The notes under the pieces are model-generated. The model did not search any database and had not been told where the DNA came from. It worked only from the letters and a program-made list of their open reading frames with translations. A DNA stretch of 53,838 bases, taken from NCBI GenBank assembly GCA_903842025.1, contig CAIMKX010000042.1:1-53838 (forward strand). The letters are read 5' to 3'. This stretch comes from an uncultured bacterium. GTDB taxonomy: Bacteria; Patescibacteriota; Minisyncoccia; Phycocordibacterales; PALSA-1337. Positions 1-8,446 of the stretch are shown in pieces (position 1 is the stretch's first letter; each line of letters starts with the position of its first letter). The position numbers were made by a program, and so were the translations under genes.

Positions 1-363
1 ACCCGATTGGTTGCGGGACTCTGGAAACATGGATTTATTTACCTCAAAATGACTGACGGAAATGAAAAACTGTCATCGTATCTAACTAAGTATATGGCCA
101 AATCATTCATAGATCGCAGGTTGATGAATCAGAAGGCATATGTCTGCTCTAGAAATCTTATTCGTCCTCAAATTCAAGGCGGAATATCAAATTTTGGTAT
201 AGATGTACTTCTAGAAGAATTCGGCGTTGCCACTCCAGAAATCGATAATTCGTATGACACACACTGGTTGGGCAAAGCTCGTCACAGAATCTACAGACTC
301 TCCACAGAAAATCCACTGAAAAAATTGTCAGAAGAAAATATTGAGAGTAAACTTACACCATGA
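1..363 (+). CDS. Rolling-circle replication initiator-like protein, C-terminal part (5' end outside the window)
   Basis: WKHGF...YLTKYMAK resembles the YxxKY catalytic motif of HUH Rep proteins. Stop overlaps the recombinase start (ATGA). Confidence 0.6.
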   Translation, partial: TRLVAGLWKHGFIYLKMTDGNEKLSSYLTKYMAKSFIDRRLMNQKAYVCSRNLIRPQIQGGISNFGIDVLLEEFGVATPEIDNSYDTHWLGKARHRIYRLSTENPLKKLSEENIESKLTP

Positions 364-1830
364 AATATATTATTTACTGCCGAAAATCCACTGATACCGA
401 AGACAAGCAGGTTCTCTCGCTTGATTCACAGGAAGCTGAGCTGAAGAGGTTGGCAGAGACTTTGAATTTGTCCGTTGTTGAAACCCTCCGCGAAAGCCGC
501 TCTGCAAAGGAACCCGGCAGGCCTATATTCAACCAAATGATTGCATCAATTAACGCCGGCAAGGCTGACGCTATTCTCTGCTGGAAAATAGATCGCCTTA
601 CACGCAACCCCGTCGATGGTGGCCAAATTCAATGGCTACTGCAAAATGGAAAAATTCAGTGTATCCGAACATTTGAAAAGAATTTCCTGCCATCAGATAA
701 TGTTCTCCTCATGAGCATTGAACAGGCTATGGCTAGCCAATACATTAGGGACTTAAGTGTAAACGTGAAGAGAGGCAACAGAGCCAAACTTGAACGCGGT
801 GAATGGCCCAATCACGCACCATTCGGCTATTTGAACGACAAAGCTACAAAGAAGGTCGTCATTGATCCGAAGCGTGGACCATATGTGAAGCGCGTCTATG
901 AGTTATATATCACCGGCTCACATAGCTTGAAAGATATCGCTGAAATTCTTTACAAAGAAGGATTACGAACAGCCTCCGGCTACAAAGTCTTTCAAAATCA
1001 GATTCACCGGATTCTTAACAGCAAATTTTATCTCGGCCTCATGGAGCGCGATGGTAAAGTCTATGAGGGTAAACATCCGGCACTAATCACCCGCGATGTA
1101 TTCGATATGGCGCAGGACATTCTTCATGGCCGTCTCCACTCGAGGCACAGAACTCATTTCTATTCAGCTCGTGGATTCCTCATTTGCGGCACCTGTGGAT
1201 GTATCATAACCGCCGAAACACAAAAAGGCTTTTCTTACTATCACTGCACCAATGGCAAAGGTATCTGTGATCAAAAGAAGAATTTTATGCGTTCTGAATT
1301 CATCGACAATCTGCTCTCCGACATCTTCCAGGAACTGAAAATTGAACCCGAACTTATCGAGCTCTCATTCGAGGCCTACAAAGCCCAGAATCAGTCAAAA
1401 TTGGCCTATACAGCTACTTCTACATCCAACTTGAAGTCTGAACTGTACGGACTACCTGCGAAGGAATCCATGCTTACCGACAGTTATACTTCACAAGTCC
1501 TTCGCAAGGATTTATATGAGGAAAAAATGCGTGAGATTGCTAATCGCAAAGTTGAACTTGAAAAGCAGATCAAAGAAATTGAAAATGGATCAGTGCCGGA
1601 AGTTACTATCGAACGGATCAAAAATGTATTTCTAGATTGCAACAAAGCCGCCGATTCTTATTTACAAGCTACGGATGAAGTAAAACGCAGAACTCTGGAA
1701 AAATTACTTTCGAACGCAATCATCAAAAACAAAACTGTGGCTAAGTACAGCTTCAAAAGTCCTTATGAGTTAGTCGCAAACATACCCAAAAACGCCACTA
1801 TTTCTCAAATGCTGCGGGACTTGGACTCGA
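1..1830. mobile_element. Right end of an integrated Rep/serine-recombinase element (plasmid- or phage-like) at the tRNA-Gln 3' end
   Basis: Rep-like gene plus integrase converging on the tRNA 3' end. The other att site is outside the window, so the boundary is approximate. Confidence 0.65.
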
Positions 1831-1871
1831 ACCAAGATAACATCCTCCAGAGGGATGTGTCCTACCATTAG
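360..1871 (+). CDS. Large serine recombinase/integrase
   Basis: YCRKST catalytic Ser, DRLTR, recombinase domain (APFGY), Zn ribbon CGTCG...YYHC, coiled coil. The last ~20 codons are the antisense of tRNA-Gln. Confidence 0.92.
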   Translation: MKYIIYCRKSTDTEDKQVLSLDSQEAELKRLAETLNLSVVETLRESRSAKEPGRPIFNQMIASINAGKADAILCWKIDRLTRNPVDGGQIQWLLQNGKIQCIRTFEKNFLPSDNVLLMSIEQAMASQYIRDLSVNVKRGNRAKLERGEWPNHAPFGYLNDKATKKVVIDPKRGPYVKRVYELYITGSHSLKDIAEILYKEGLRTASGYKVFQNQIHRILNSKFYLGLMERDGKVYEGKHPALITRDVFDMAQDILHGRLHSRHRTHFYSARGFLICGTCGCIITAETQKGFSYYHCTNGKGICDQKKNFMRSEFIDNLLSDIFQELKIEPELIELSFEAYKAQNQSKLAYTATSTSNLKSELYGLPAKESMLTDSYTSQVLRKDLYEEKMREIANRKVELEKQIKEIENGSVPEVTIERIKNVFLDCNKAADSYLQATDEVKRRTLEKLLSNAIIKNKTVAKYSFKSPYELVANIPKNATISQMLRDLDSNQDNILQRDVSYH

Positions 1872-1882
1872 ACGATCCCGCA
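1812..1882 (-). tRNA. tRNA-Gln(CTG)
   Basis: TGCGGGA/TCCCGCA acceptor stem, CATCC-CTCTGGA-GGATG anticodon arm, GGTTCGAGTCC T-arm. No encoded CCA. Confidence 0.95.
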
Positions 1883-1915
1883 ATATATTTCATCGCGCTT
1901 CGAGCGAAGCGAGAA

Positions 1916-1936
1916 GCCCCGAGCTTGTCGAGGGGC
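1916..1936. repeat. Short REP-like palindrome CCCGAGCTTGTCGAGGG (second copy at 51575-51595)
   Basis: Identical 17-bp core in both copies, each just upstream of a stable-RNA gene (tRNA-Gln, tmRNA). Confidence 0.7.
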
Positions 1937-1989
1937 ACATTGCAGAATACCGCAAAATAGGCTATAAAACAACCAGAAAGGAGGGTGCT

Positions 1990-2637
1990 ATGTTGCCAAC
2001 GATCAAGCCCGAAAAAATCATTCCGGGAGAGAATGACGGTGTCTCCGCCAGACGGTTTCTCTTGAAAGAAGATCTTGTTGAGCTCTTTGAAAGGAAAGAC
2101 ATCCCCTATCAAACTTGGGGATCGGGAACGTCAGATTCGTTGGAAAAGCTCCTGACGACCCTGACCAGATGCCAGGTAACGCTCGATCAGAGCGCCGCCA
2201 CGCCATTGTTGACAGTCGACAACGCTGTCGTCATCGTCAAGTATCTCGGTTTATTGCATTGGTGGGAACTTGTCGAGACAAAGCAGGTCTTTCACAATGG
2301 ACAAGTTCGGACCAGGAACTTCAATGGCATTTCCGAGACAATGCACGAGACCGAGAATATCGATGCGGAAGGCATGGAAAAAGCCGCTCGCCGAGCGCTC
2401 GTTGAAGAGCTTGACCAAGATAAAAACGGCTTTGAAAATCCTCGTAACTATGAGCTTATCAAGTGGGACGAGGGAGTCATCGGTCCACAAGAGTCGGAAA
2501 AATGGCCTGGTTTGGACGCGGTCTTCCGTAGACACATATATTTGTGCCTCATCAGACGGAAACTTTTCCGCCGCAAAGGTTACTGTGAAGTTCAGGGTGA
2601 CAAAACCACGTACTTTGAATGGAAACAGATCGTCTGA
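1990..2637 (+). CDS. Hypothetical protein, possibly a degenerate NUDIX fold
   Basis: GGAGGG RBS before ATG 1990. AARRALVEEL resembles part of a Nudix box. Confidence 0.65.
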   Translation: MLPTIKPEKIIPGENDGVSARRFLLKEDLVELFERKDIPYQTWGSGTSDSLEKLLTTLTRCQVTLDQSAATPLLTVDNAVVIVKYLGLLHWWELVETKQVFHNGQVRTRNFNGISETMHETENIDAEGMEKAARRALVEELDQDKNGFENPRNYELIKWDEGVIGPQESEKWPGLDAVFRRHIYLCLIRRKLFRRKGYCEVQGDKTTYFEWKQIV

Positions 2638-2648
2638 GATTCGAGACA

Positions 2649-2697
2649 GCCCGCCTTTCACTTTTCTTTATGAGAAGAGTGGGATGCGGGCTTTTTT
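2649..2697. terminator. Hairpin terminator between convergent genes
   Basis: AGCCCGC...GCGGGCT stem followed by a T-run. Confidence 0.6.
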
Positions 2698-4681
2698 ACA
2701 TCACTTCCCTGGCGCTCTCATTGACCACCTCTTCGGCGATTAGCGATATTTCCTTATTCTCAACCTTGACCTTCTTTTGCTCGCGTTCCTTGGAAGCTTT
2801 GATGAATTCCGTAAAGAGCGGGTGCGGTGCAAGCGGGCGCGCCAGGAATTCGGGATGGAACTGGGTACCAAGGAAGAATGGGTGGACAGATTTTGGCAAT
2901 TCAGCGATTTCCATCAGCACTCCATCCGGCGATTTACCGGAGAATACCAAACCACCTTTCTCCAGCTGTTTAATATACTTCGGATTGACCTCATACCTAT
3001 GCCTATGCCTTTCTTGAATCGTCAACGCCGGCGCTAGTTGTAATCCTTTAGTTTGATTTTTTGACTTTGGATTTGATTTGATATTTGTAATTTGGATTTT
3101 GCTTGCCCTTCGTAGCTCGCTTTGGGCGAGCGAAGAAGGGACTTTTGCGTTAAAATACGCCTCATTCGCAATCGTCCCCCTCGTCAGTTTGGCCGTATAT
3201 CTCCCCAACCTCATGCTCCCCCCATAGTTCCCCTCGGCAATCTTCTTTTTCTGATCCGGCATAATGTCGATAATGAGATGCGGCGCTTTCGGATTGATCT
3301 CGGCCGTCTGCGCTCCACCAAGCCCAAGAACATTCCGGGCATATTCGATAGTCATGAGTTGCATGCCGTAACAAAGACCGAAATATGGAATATTGCGCTC
3401 GCGAGCATAACGAATAACATTCAGTTTTCCTTCTATGCCTGACTCGCCAAATCCGCCAGGTACTATGATACCGTCCATGTTATCAAGTTGCGAATAAGGA
3501 GAATCACTAGAGGTAGGAGGTAAGAGATAAGAGTTAAGATTTTCAGGCTCTGAATCTGAACTCTGTGATTTATTCTTACCTCTTACCTCTAACCTCTTAC
3601 CTCCCTTCCCTTCAAAATCCCTCGCATTCACCGTATGTATTATCGGCTTCACTCCACAAGCGTACGCCGAAAACTTAATAGCTTCCAAAACTGAAATATA
3701 AGAATCTGAGAGAATGAAATCACCCGTATTGAAATATTTGCCCACAATGGCGATATTGACCGTGTGCTTGGTGTGATTCTTGATGCCACGTGCCATCTCT
3801 TTCCAGGCTTTGAATGTCTCATTCGGCTTCGTAACTGGCAGACCGAACGACTCCAGGATGATCTCGCCCAAATGATCGTGCTCAAAATTTATCGGCACAT
3901 CATAGATACTCTTGATATCGGGTGCGGAAATGACCCGATTGGCCGGAATGTTGCAGGCCGTAGCGATCTTTTCCTTGCGGCGTTCATCGAGTGGGTACGC
4001 GGCCCTTGCGATTATGATATCCGTCGTCACGCCATACGAAGCCAGGTGATAAACGGCGTGTTGGGTCGGTCGAGTCTTCATCTCACCGAGCGTTCCGGGG
4101 ATCGGCAAATATGAGACCATAATGAAAAGAACGTCATTGGGATGACGGATCTTGAGGACGCGGGCCGCTTCGATGAACATCACGTTCTGGTAGTCACCGA
4201 CTGTGCCGCCGATCTCGATGATGGAGATATCGGATTTGTTCAGTTTGGCAGAATTTTCGAAGCGGCTGACTATCTCATCCCTGATATGCGGCACCGCCTC
4301 GACGCACTTGCCACCGTACTCCAAGGCCCTTTCCTTCTCGATGACATGCTTGTAGACCATGCCGCTCGTAATATAGTCCGTGGCCTGCAAATCCCTATTA
4401 AGAAAACGCTCGTAGTTGCCCATATCTTGATCGGTCTCCAACCCTGAATTCAAAACAAAAACCTCACCGTGCTCGGTGGGGTTCATTGTGCCAGCGTCTA
4501 CATTGAGATATGGATCGACTTTGACTAGATTGACCTTGAAGCCCTTGGCCGAGAGCAAAGTTCCGATCGATGAAGCGGCGATCCCCTTGCCCACGCCTGA
4601 CATCACACCGCCGATGACAAAAATGTATTTATGGTGATGTTTTGGTTTCTGTAAAAGACCGATGGATTTTTTTGATTTCAT
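2696..4681 (-). CDS. pyrG: CTP synthase with two repeat-derived in-frame insertions
   Basis: GGVMSGVGKG, DPYLNVDAGTMNP, GLCYGMQ, ERHRHRYEVN, QFHPE. At 661 aa it is longer than the usual ~540. Confidence 0.98.
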   Translation of the reverse strand: MKSKKSIGLLQKPKHHHKYIFVIGGVMSGVGKGIAASSIGTLLSAKGFKVNLVKVDPYLNVDAGTMNPTEHGEVFVLNSGLETDQDMGNYERFLNRDLQATDYITSGMVYKHVIEKERALEYGGKCVEAVPHIRDEIVSRFENSAKLNKSDISIIEIGGTVGDYQNVMFIEAARVLKIRHPNDVLFIMVSYLPIPGTLGEMKTRPTQHAVYHLASYGVTTDIIIARAAYPLDERRKEKIATACNIPANRVISAPDIKSIYDVPINFEHDHLGEIILESFGLPVTKPNETFKAWKEMARGIKNHTKHTVNIAIVGKYFNTGDFILSDSYISVLEAIKFSAYACGVKPIIHTVNARDFEGKGGKRLEVRGKNKSQSSDSEPENLNSYLLPPTSSDSPYSQLDNMDGIIVPGGFGESGIEGKLNVIRYARERNIPYFGLCYGMQLMTIEYARNVLGLGGAQTAEINPKAPHLIIDIMPDQKKKIAEGNYGGSMRLGRYTAKLTRGTIANEAYFNAKVPSSLAQSELRRASKIQITNIKSNPKSKNQTKGLQLAPALTIQERHRHRYEVNPKYIKQLEKGGLVFSGKSPDGVLMEIAELPKSVHPFFLGTQFHPEFLARPLAPHPLFTEFIKASKEREQKKVKVENKEISLIAEEVVNESAREVM

Positions 4682-4722
4682 GGGGATATTCTAATAAAAG
4701 GCGGAGAGAATGTCCACAGGAG

Positions 4723-4885
4723 AAAATCCCCCTCTCTTCGCCATGTTCGATACCTCCAGATTCAATCAGAAAATCCCCCGCCTCGCTCCGCTCGGCACCC
4801 CCTTTTTCAAAGGGGGTGGCCGATAGGCCGGGGGATTTTTAGATTGAATCCGGGATGCGGAACAGAGCAAGGCGGAGGATTTTTT
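4723..4885. repeat. Family-A palindromic element (AAAATCCCCC...CCCCCTTTTTCAAAGGGGG...GGGGGATTTT), no core
   Basis: Nested inverted repeats, including GATTCAATC/GATTGAATC at 4759-4850. Confidence 0.85.
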
Positions 4886-4993
4886 AAATAAAAAAGTCCC
4901 CGGAATCATCCAGGGGCTTGTACAAACTCCACTAGCTAAGGTTCTCTTGGTACTAGCCGGTGGCCGTGCTGTCCTTCGTGGCGGTGTCGGGTG

Positions 4994-5028
4994 TTCAACA
5001 CTGGATTCCCGCTTTCGCGGGAATGACA
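4994..5028. repeat. dRS3/RPE-like palindromic arm CTGGATTCCCGCTTTCGCGGGAATGAC
   Basis: ATTCCC-N8-GGGAAT. Matches the arms at 17190-17384 and 52209-52422. Confidence 0.8.
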
Positions 5029-5079
5029 AACAAGACGGTTTCTGCTATTCCCTAAAACCTACCACCTAAAAACTAGTCC

Positions 5080-6036
5080 CTAAACTTTAAGGTACCTCCT
5101 CGCCGCTATATAACTCGACACTCCTCCTAATAGAACTCCTGCTCCCATAATAATGCCGAATATCTGGCCGAAGTTTTGATTAAAATAGGTTGAAAGAACA
5201 TTGACGATAAGCTCGAAGTCAGCCGCCACCTGAACGCCGGCAAAGCGCAATAAAACCGTATCACTCCAGTAGGCAAAAGAGGCCATGACAACAAGCGTGA
5301 TCACCGCCGCCACAATGCCGTACATTATTCCGGAAACGACCAACGGACCGCGCACGTAAATATTGCTGGCGCCGACCAGCTTCATGACTGAGATTTCATC
5401 CTTGGCCGTGAAGATAACCAGGCGAATCGTGTTGAAAACAACGATTATCGCCACCGCCACCAAAAGAATGGCGATGATCAAGCCAGATTTCTCAGCCAGA
5501 GGAATAATTCTGCTAAGACGATCTATAATGAGCTTATTTTGCTCATAATTGATCTTGCTTATGAGAGGCGTGCCACTGGCATCGGCCGGACCCTTGTCGT
5601 TGAGGAAAGTGGCGATATTGCCGTATTGACCGGGATCTTTGGCTTTGATATTGATCGAAGCGGGAAAAGGATTGTCGCCGATCTCCGTCAAGCCTTGCAT
5701 GATAAGAGAATTATTCTGCCATTTGGTTTTGAAAGCAGTCAAAGCCTGGTCTCGGGAGATATATGTCGTCTTGGCCACTTCCGGCAAGGCCTCAATATCT
5801 TTTTGCAAAGCCAAAATGTCGCTCTCCTGGGCTGACAGAGAAATATAAACGTTGATGTCGACCTTGTCTTTGACGTCGGCGATCAAGGCTCGACCGAAAG
5901 CGCCCGTAAAGATTATGAGACCGAAAGCACACAAAGAAAGCGTTATTACAACTATAGAAGCAAAAGAAAGGAAGCCGTTACGCCAGAAGTTGACGAAACC
6001 CGTTCGTGTTATTCTTTTTATGGTTGTAAGAATCAT
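5080..6036 (-). CDS. ftsX: Cell division permease FtsX
   Basis: NFWRN N-terminus, extracellular domain, NTIRL...EISVMKLVGA. Downstream of ftsE. Confidence 0.95.
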   Translation of the reverse strand: MILTTIKRITRTGFVNFWRNGFLSFASIVVITLSLCAFGLIIFTGAFGRALIADVKDKVDINVYISLSAQESDILALQKDIEALPEVAKTTYISRDQALTAFKTKWQNNSLIMQGLTEIGDNPFPASINIKAKDPGQYGNIATFLNDKGPADASGTPLISKINYEQNKLIIDRLSRIIPLAEKSGLIIAILLVAVAIIVVFNTIRLVIFTAKDEISVMKLVGASNIYVRGPLVVSGIMYGIVAAVITLVVMASFAYWSDTVLLRFAGVQVAADFELIVNVLSTYFNQNFGQIFGIIMGAGVLLGGVSSYIAARRYLKV

Positions 6037-6060
6037 AGTGCTAATTATACAGAAATTTAC

Positions 6061-6276
6061 CTAATTGACCTAATTATCTAATTTCTAAGAAATGAACCAA
6101 GCACCAATGTCTAATCACGGACTTTTTTATATATAATTGGTCGGGTAACTTCATCTTTGGTAACAGAATTACAACACCTAATAGCGGCTTCACCAAATTT
6201 TGCCGTTCTTTCTTCTAAGTCGTATTTCTTTTGGTCATTGGTCATTTCTTAGAAATTAGATAATTAGGTCAATTAG
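6061..6276. mobile_element. Heptamer-repeat TIR mini-element carrying a four-helix-bundle gene remnant
   Basis: 35-bp perfect inverted repeat CTAATTGACCTAATTATCTAATTTCTAAGAAATGA at 6061-6095 and 6242-6276, between ftsE and ftsX. Confidence 0.75.
6111..6245 (-). pseudogene. Internally deleted four-helix-bundle protein (23S rRNA IVP / Avd-like family), 44 aa
   Basis: Hand translation gives MTNDQKKYDLEERTAKFGEAAIRCCNSVTKDEVTRPIIYKKVRD*. YDLEERTAKF matches this family's N-terminus; the QLxRA/SIGAN core is missing. Confidence 0.75.
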
Positions 6277-6280
6277 AAAT

Positions 6281-6961
6281 TTACAAAATGTACTTCCCCT
6301 CCCTATCATCTTTAATCACCTTCCCCTTATCCATCGTTATAATTCGGCCGCCGACGGTATCGACAACTCCCTTGTTGTGCGTGGTGAGAAGGACGGTCGT
6401 GCCCAACTCGTTGATTTTTTGCAGAATCCGGACGATCTCATAGGTGTTGGCCGGATCGAGGTTACCAGTCGGCTCGTCGGCTATGACGATATCCGGCTGG
6501 GTGACGATCGCCCGCGCGATGGCCGCTCGCTGGCGTTCACCGCCGGACAATTCACTGGGAAAATTCCAGATCTTGTGGCCCAGATTGACCAATTCGAGGA
6601 CGCGCGGAACGTCTGAAGCCACTTCACCGTCAGTTTTGCCGGAAGCTTCCATGGCAAAGGCAATATTCTCATAAATAGTCTTATTAGGAATAAGCCGGTA
6701 ATCCTGGAAAACCGTGCCGATGCGGCGTCTCAGCTTGGTCATATCGCGCTTTCCCAATCGATGGACATTGAATGATTCCAGGAAAACCGCTCCGGCGCTC
6801 GGCCATTCCTCGCCGATCAGCATCCTCATTAGGGTGGTTTTGCCTGCGCCGGAAGCGCCTACAATAGTCACAAACTCCTTGGGTTCAACACCAAAACTAA
6901 CCTCGTCCAAAGCCACCGTTTTGTCGGGGTAGACTTTGCTAACCTTATCGTAATATATCAT
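6281..6961 (-). CDS. ftsE: Cell division ATP-binding protein FtsE
   Basis: GASGAGKT, VFQDYRL, LSGGE, ADEPTGNLDP. Confidence 0.95.
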   Translation of the reverse strand: MIYYDKVSKVYPDKTVALDEVSFGVEPKEFVTIVGASGAGKTTLMRMLIGEEWPSAGAVFLESFNVHRLGKRDMTKLRRRIGTVFQDYRLIPNKTIYENIAFAMEASGKTDGEVASDVPRVLELVNLGHKIWNFPSELSGGERQRAAIARAIVTQPDIVIADEPTGNLDPANTYEIVRILQKINELGTTVLLTTHNKGVVDTVGGRIITMDKGKVIKDDREGKYIL

Positions 6962-6986
6962 TCAATGAGTATAACAAAATTGGTAC

Positions 6987-7297
6987 AAAAAATCCCCCGC
7001 TTCGGCAGTCAACCCCTTGATTCAATCTGAAAATCCCCCGTCCTTCGGCTCCGCCTCAGGACACCCCCTTTTCCAAAGAGGGATCCTCCATCGAACCATA
7101 TTTATAATATAACTCGCCATGACTTTAATCACTCTTTGTGTTTCGTAATTCAAAGTATTTGAACAATAGCGTCATGTATTACATTAGCTGTACGTTGGTG
7201 GATCCCCCTTTGGAAAAGGGGGTGCCCCGACCAACGGGAGGGGTGGGGGATTTTTTGAAAGATAAAGGGGGTGCCCCGTAGGGGCGGGGGATTTTTA
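6987..7297. repeat. Family-A REPIN-like element with conserved ~125-bp core (copy 1)
   Basis: CCCCCTTT/AAAGGGG arms flank core 7081-7206, which is homologous to 10453-10583 and 31366-31497. Overlaps the prfB stop. Confidence 0.88.
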
Positions 7298-8182
7298 GAT
7301 ATCCCGTTCCGCCTCAATAAACTCCCCTATTTCTCCTTCCAAAACCTTATCAACCTGACTGGTCTCAAAATCTGTCCGATGATCCTTGACCATCTTGTAA
7401 GGATGCAAAACGTAGGAACGTATCTGATTGCCCCATTCGATAGAAGTTGTTGAGGAGATCTGCATACCGCGCTCCTTGGCGATCCGCACATCTTCACTGT
7501 GTTTCCAGAGTTTGCCGCGTAATATTTCCAGGGCTTTTTCCCTATTTTGGGCCTGCGAACGCTCGGAAGTGACATGAATGGAGATACCGGTCGGTTTGTG
7601 GACCAAACGGACGGCCGTCTCCCTTTTGTTGACGTTTTGGCCGCCAGGCCCGCCAGACTTGGCGATGCTAATTTCTAAATCGCTTTCGTTGATGACAATG
7701 TCGCTGGCTGAAGCTTTTTCAAGCTTGGGAACGACTTCAACCATTGAGAAAGAAGTATGACGTTTCTCATTGGCATTAAATGGTGAGATCCTGACCAATC
7801 GATGGACACCGGATTCATTCTTCAAAGTACCATATACATTCTTACCCGAAATTTCGACCGTGATATTACGATATCCACCATGATCATTTTCATTGCTGTG
7901 AATAACGCTCCAACCCCAACCCTTTCCTTCGCAATACTTCCGGTACATTCTGACAAGCATAGATGAGAAATCCTCGGCATCATCACCGCCGGCGCCGGAG
8001 AGGATTGTTACAATAGCTTCGCCTTTGTCGTATTTGCCAATACCTTCCAGACTGTCTTTCAGATTGGCTAGCTCTTTAATCGTTGCCTGAGCTTTTTCCT
8101 TGTCCATCCAAAAATCCCCCGCGGACATGGCAGTCTCAATTTCGGCGATCCTTTCTTGAATTTTGGCTTTATCTTGGTTCAT
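7295..8182 (-). CDS. prfB: Peptide chain release factor 2, compact form
   Basis: SPF motif (VRISPFN), [18 protein letters not shown] at 8182 preferred because the TTG start at 8194 overlaps a tRNA. Confidence 0.93.
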   Translation of the reverse strand: MNQDKAKIQERIAEIETAMSAGDFWMDKEKAQATIKELANLKDSLEGIGKYDKGEAIVTILSGAGGDDAEDFSSMLVRMYRKYCEGKGWGWSVIHSNENDHGGYRNITVEISGKNVYGTLKNESGVHRLVRISPFNANEKRHTSFSMVEVVPKLEKASASDIVINESDLEISIAKSGGPGGQNVNKRETAVRLVHKPTGISIHVTSERSQAQNREKALEILRGKLWKHSEDVRIAKERGMQISSTTSIEWGNQIRSYVLHPYKMVKDHRTDFETSQVDKVLEGEIGEFIEAERDI

Positions 8183-8188
8183 TAAGAG

Positions 8189-8261
8189 AGCCAAAGGTCG
8201 GGATTGAACCGACGACCCCCGCTTTACGAAAGCGGTGCTCTACCAACTGAGCTACTTTGGC
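8189..8261 (-). tRNA. tRNA-Thr(CGT)
   Basis: GCCAAAG/CTTTGGC acceptor stem, CCGCT-TTCGTAA-AGCGG anticodon arm. Confidence 0.95.
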
Positions 8262-8415
8262 GAAAGAGTCACCAAGTTTTGACTCAAGAAGAGTGCTACA
8301 TGAACAGCTGTTTTAGTGTCGATATCCACGGTATTAACATCCTACACCGACTACCACTTGAATCATGCCCGTTGGGTATCTAATCCATCAGACATTTTAA
8401 TCTTGGTGACTTTTC
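8262..8415 (-). ncRNA. ssrS: Probable 6S RNA-like structured RNA
   Basis: Closing stem GAAAAGTCACCAAG/CTTGGTGACTCTTTC, a large central bubble and an apical irregular stem. G-U pairs work only on the minus strand. Confidence 0.55.
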
Positions 8416-8446
8416 AATACTATCAGTGCTTACCCGAGACTTCAAG

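Noticed and set aside
4888-4993. Possible riboswitch or ncRNA upstream of pyrG
   Set aside because: Only a terminator-like hairpin (CCCCTGGA/TCCGGGG plus T-run) is supportable, and pyrG appears leaderless.
6111-6245. Diversity-generating retroelement, suggested by the Avd-like remnant
   Set aside because: No reverse transcriptase and no TR/VR pair with A-specific mismatches was seen in the window.
8183-8200. prfB programmed frameshift or TTG start at 8194
   Set aside because: No CTT-TGA site is present, and the upstream sequence is the tRNA-Thr gene.
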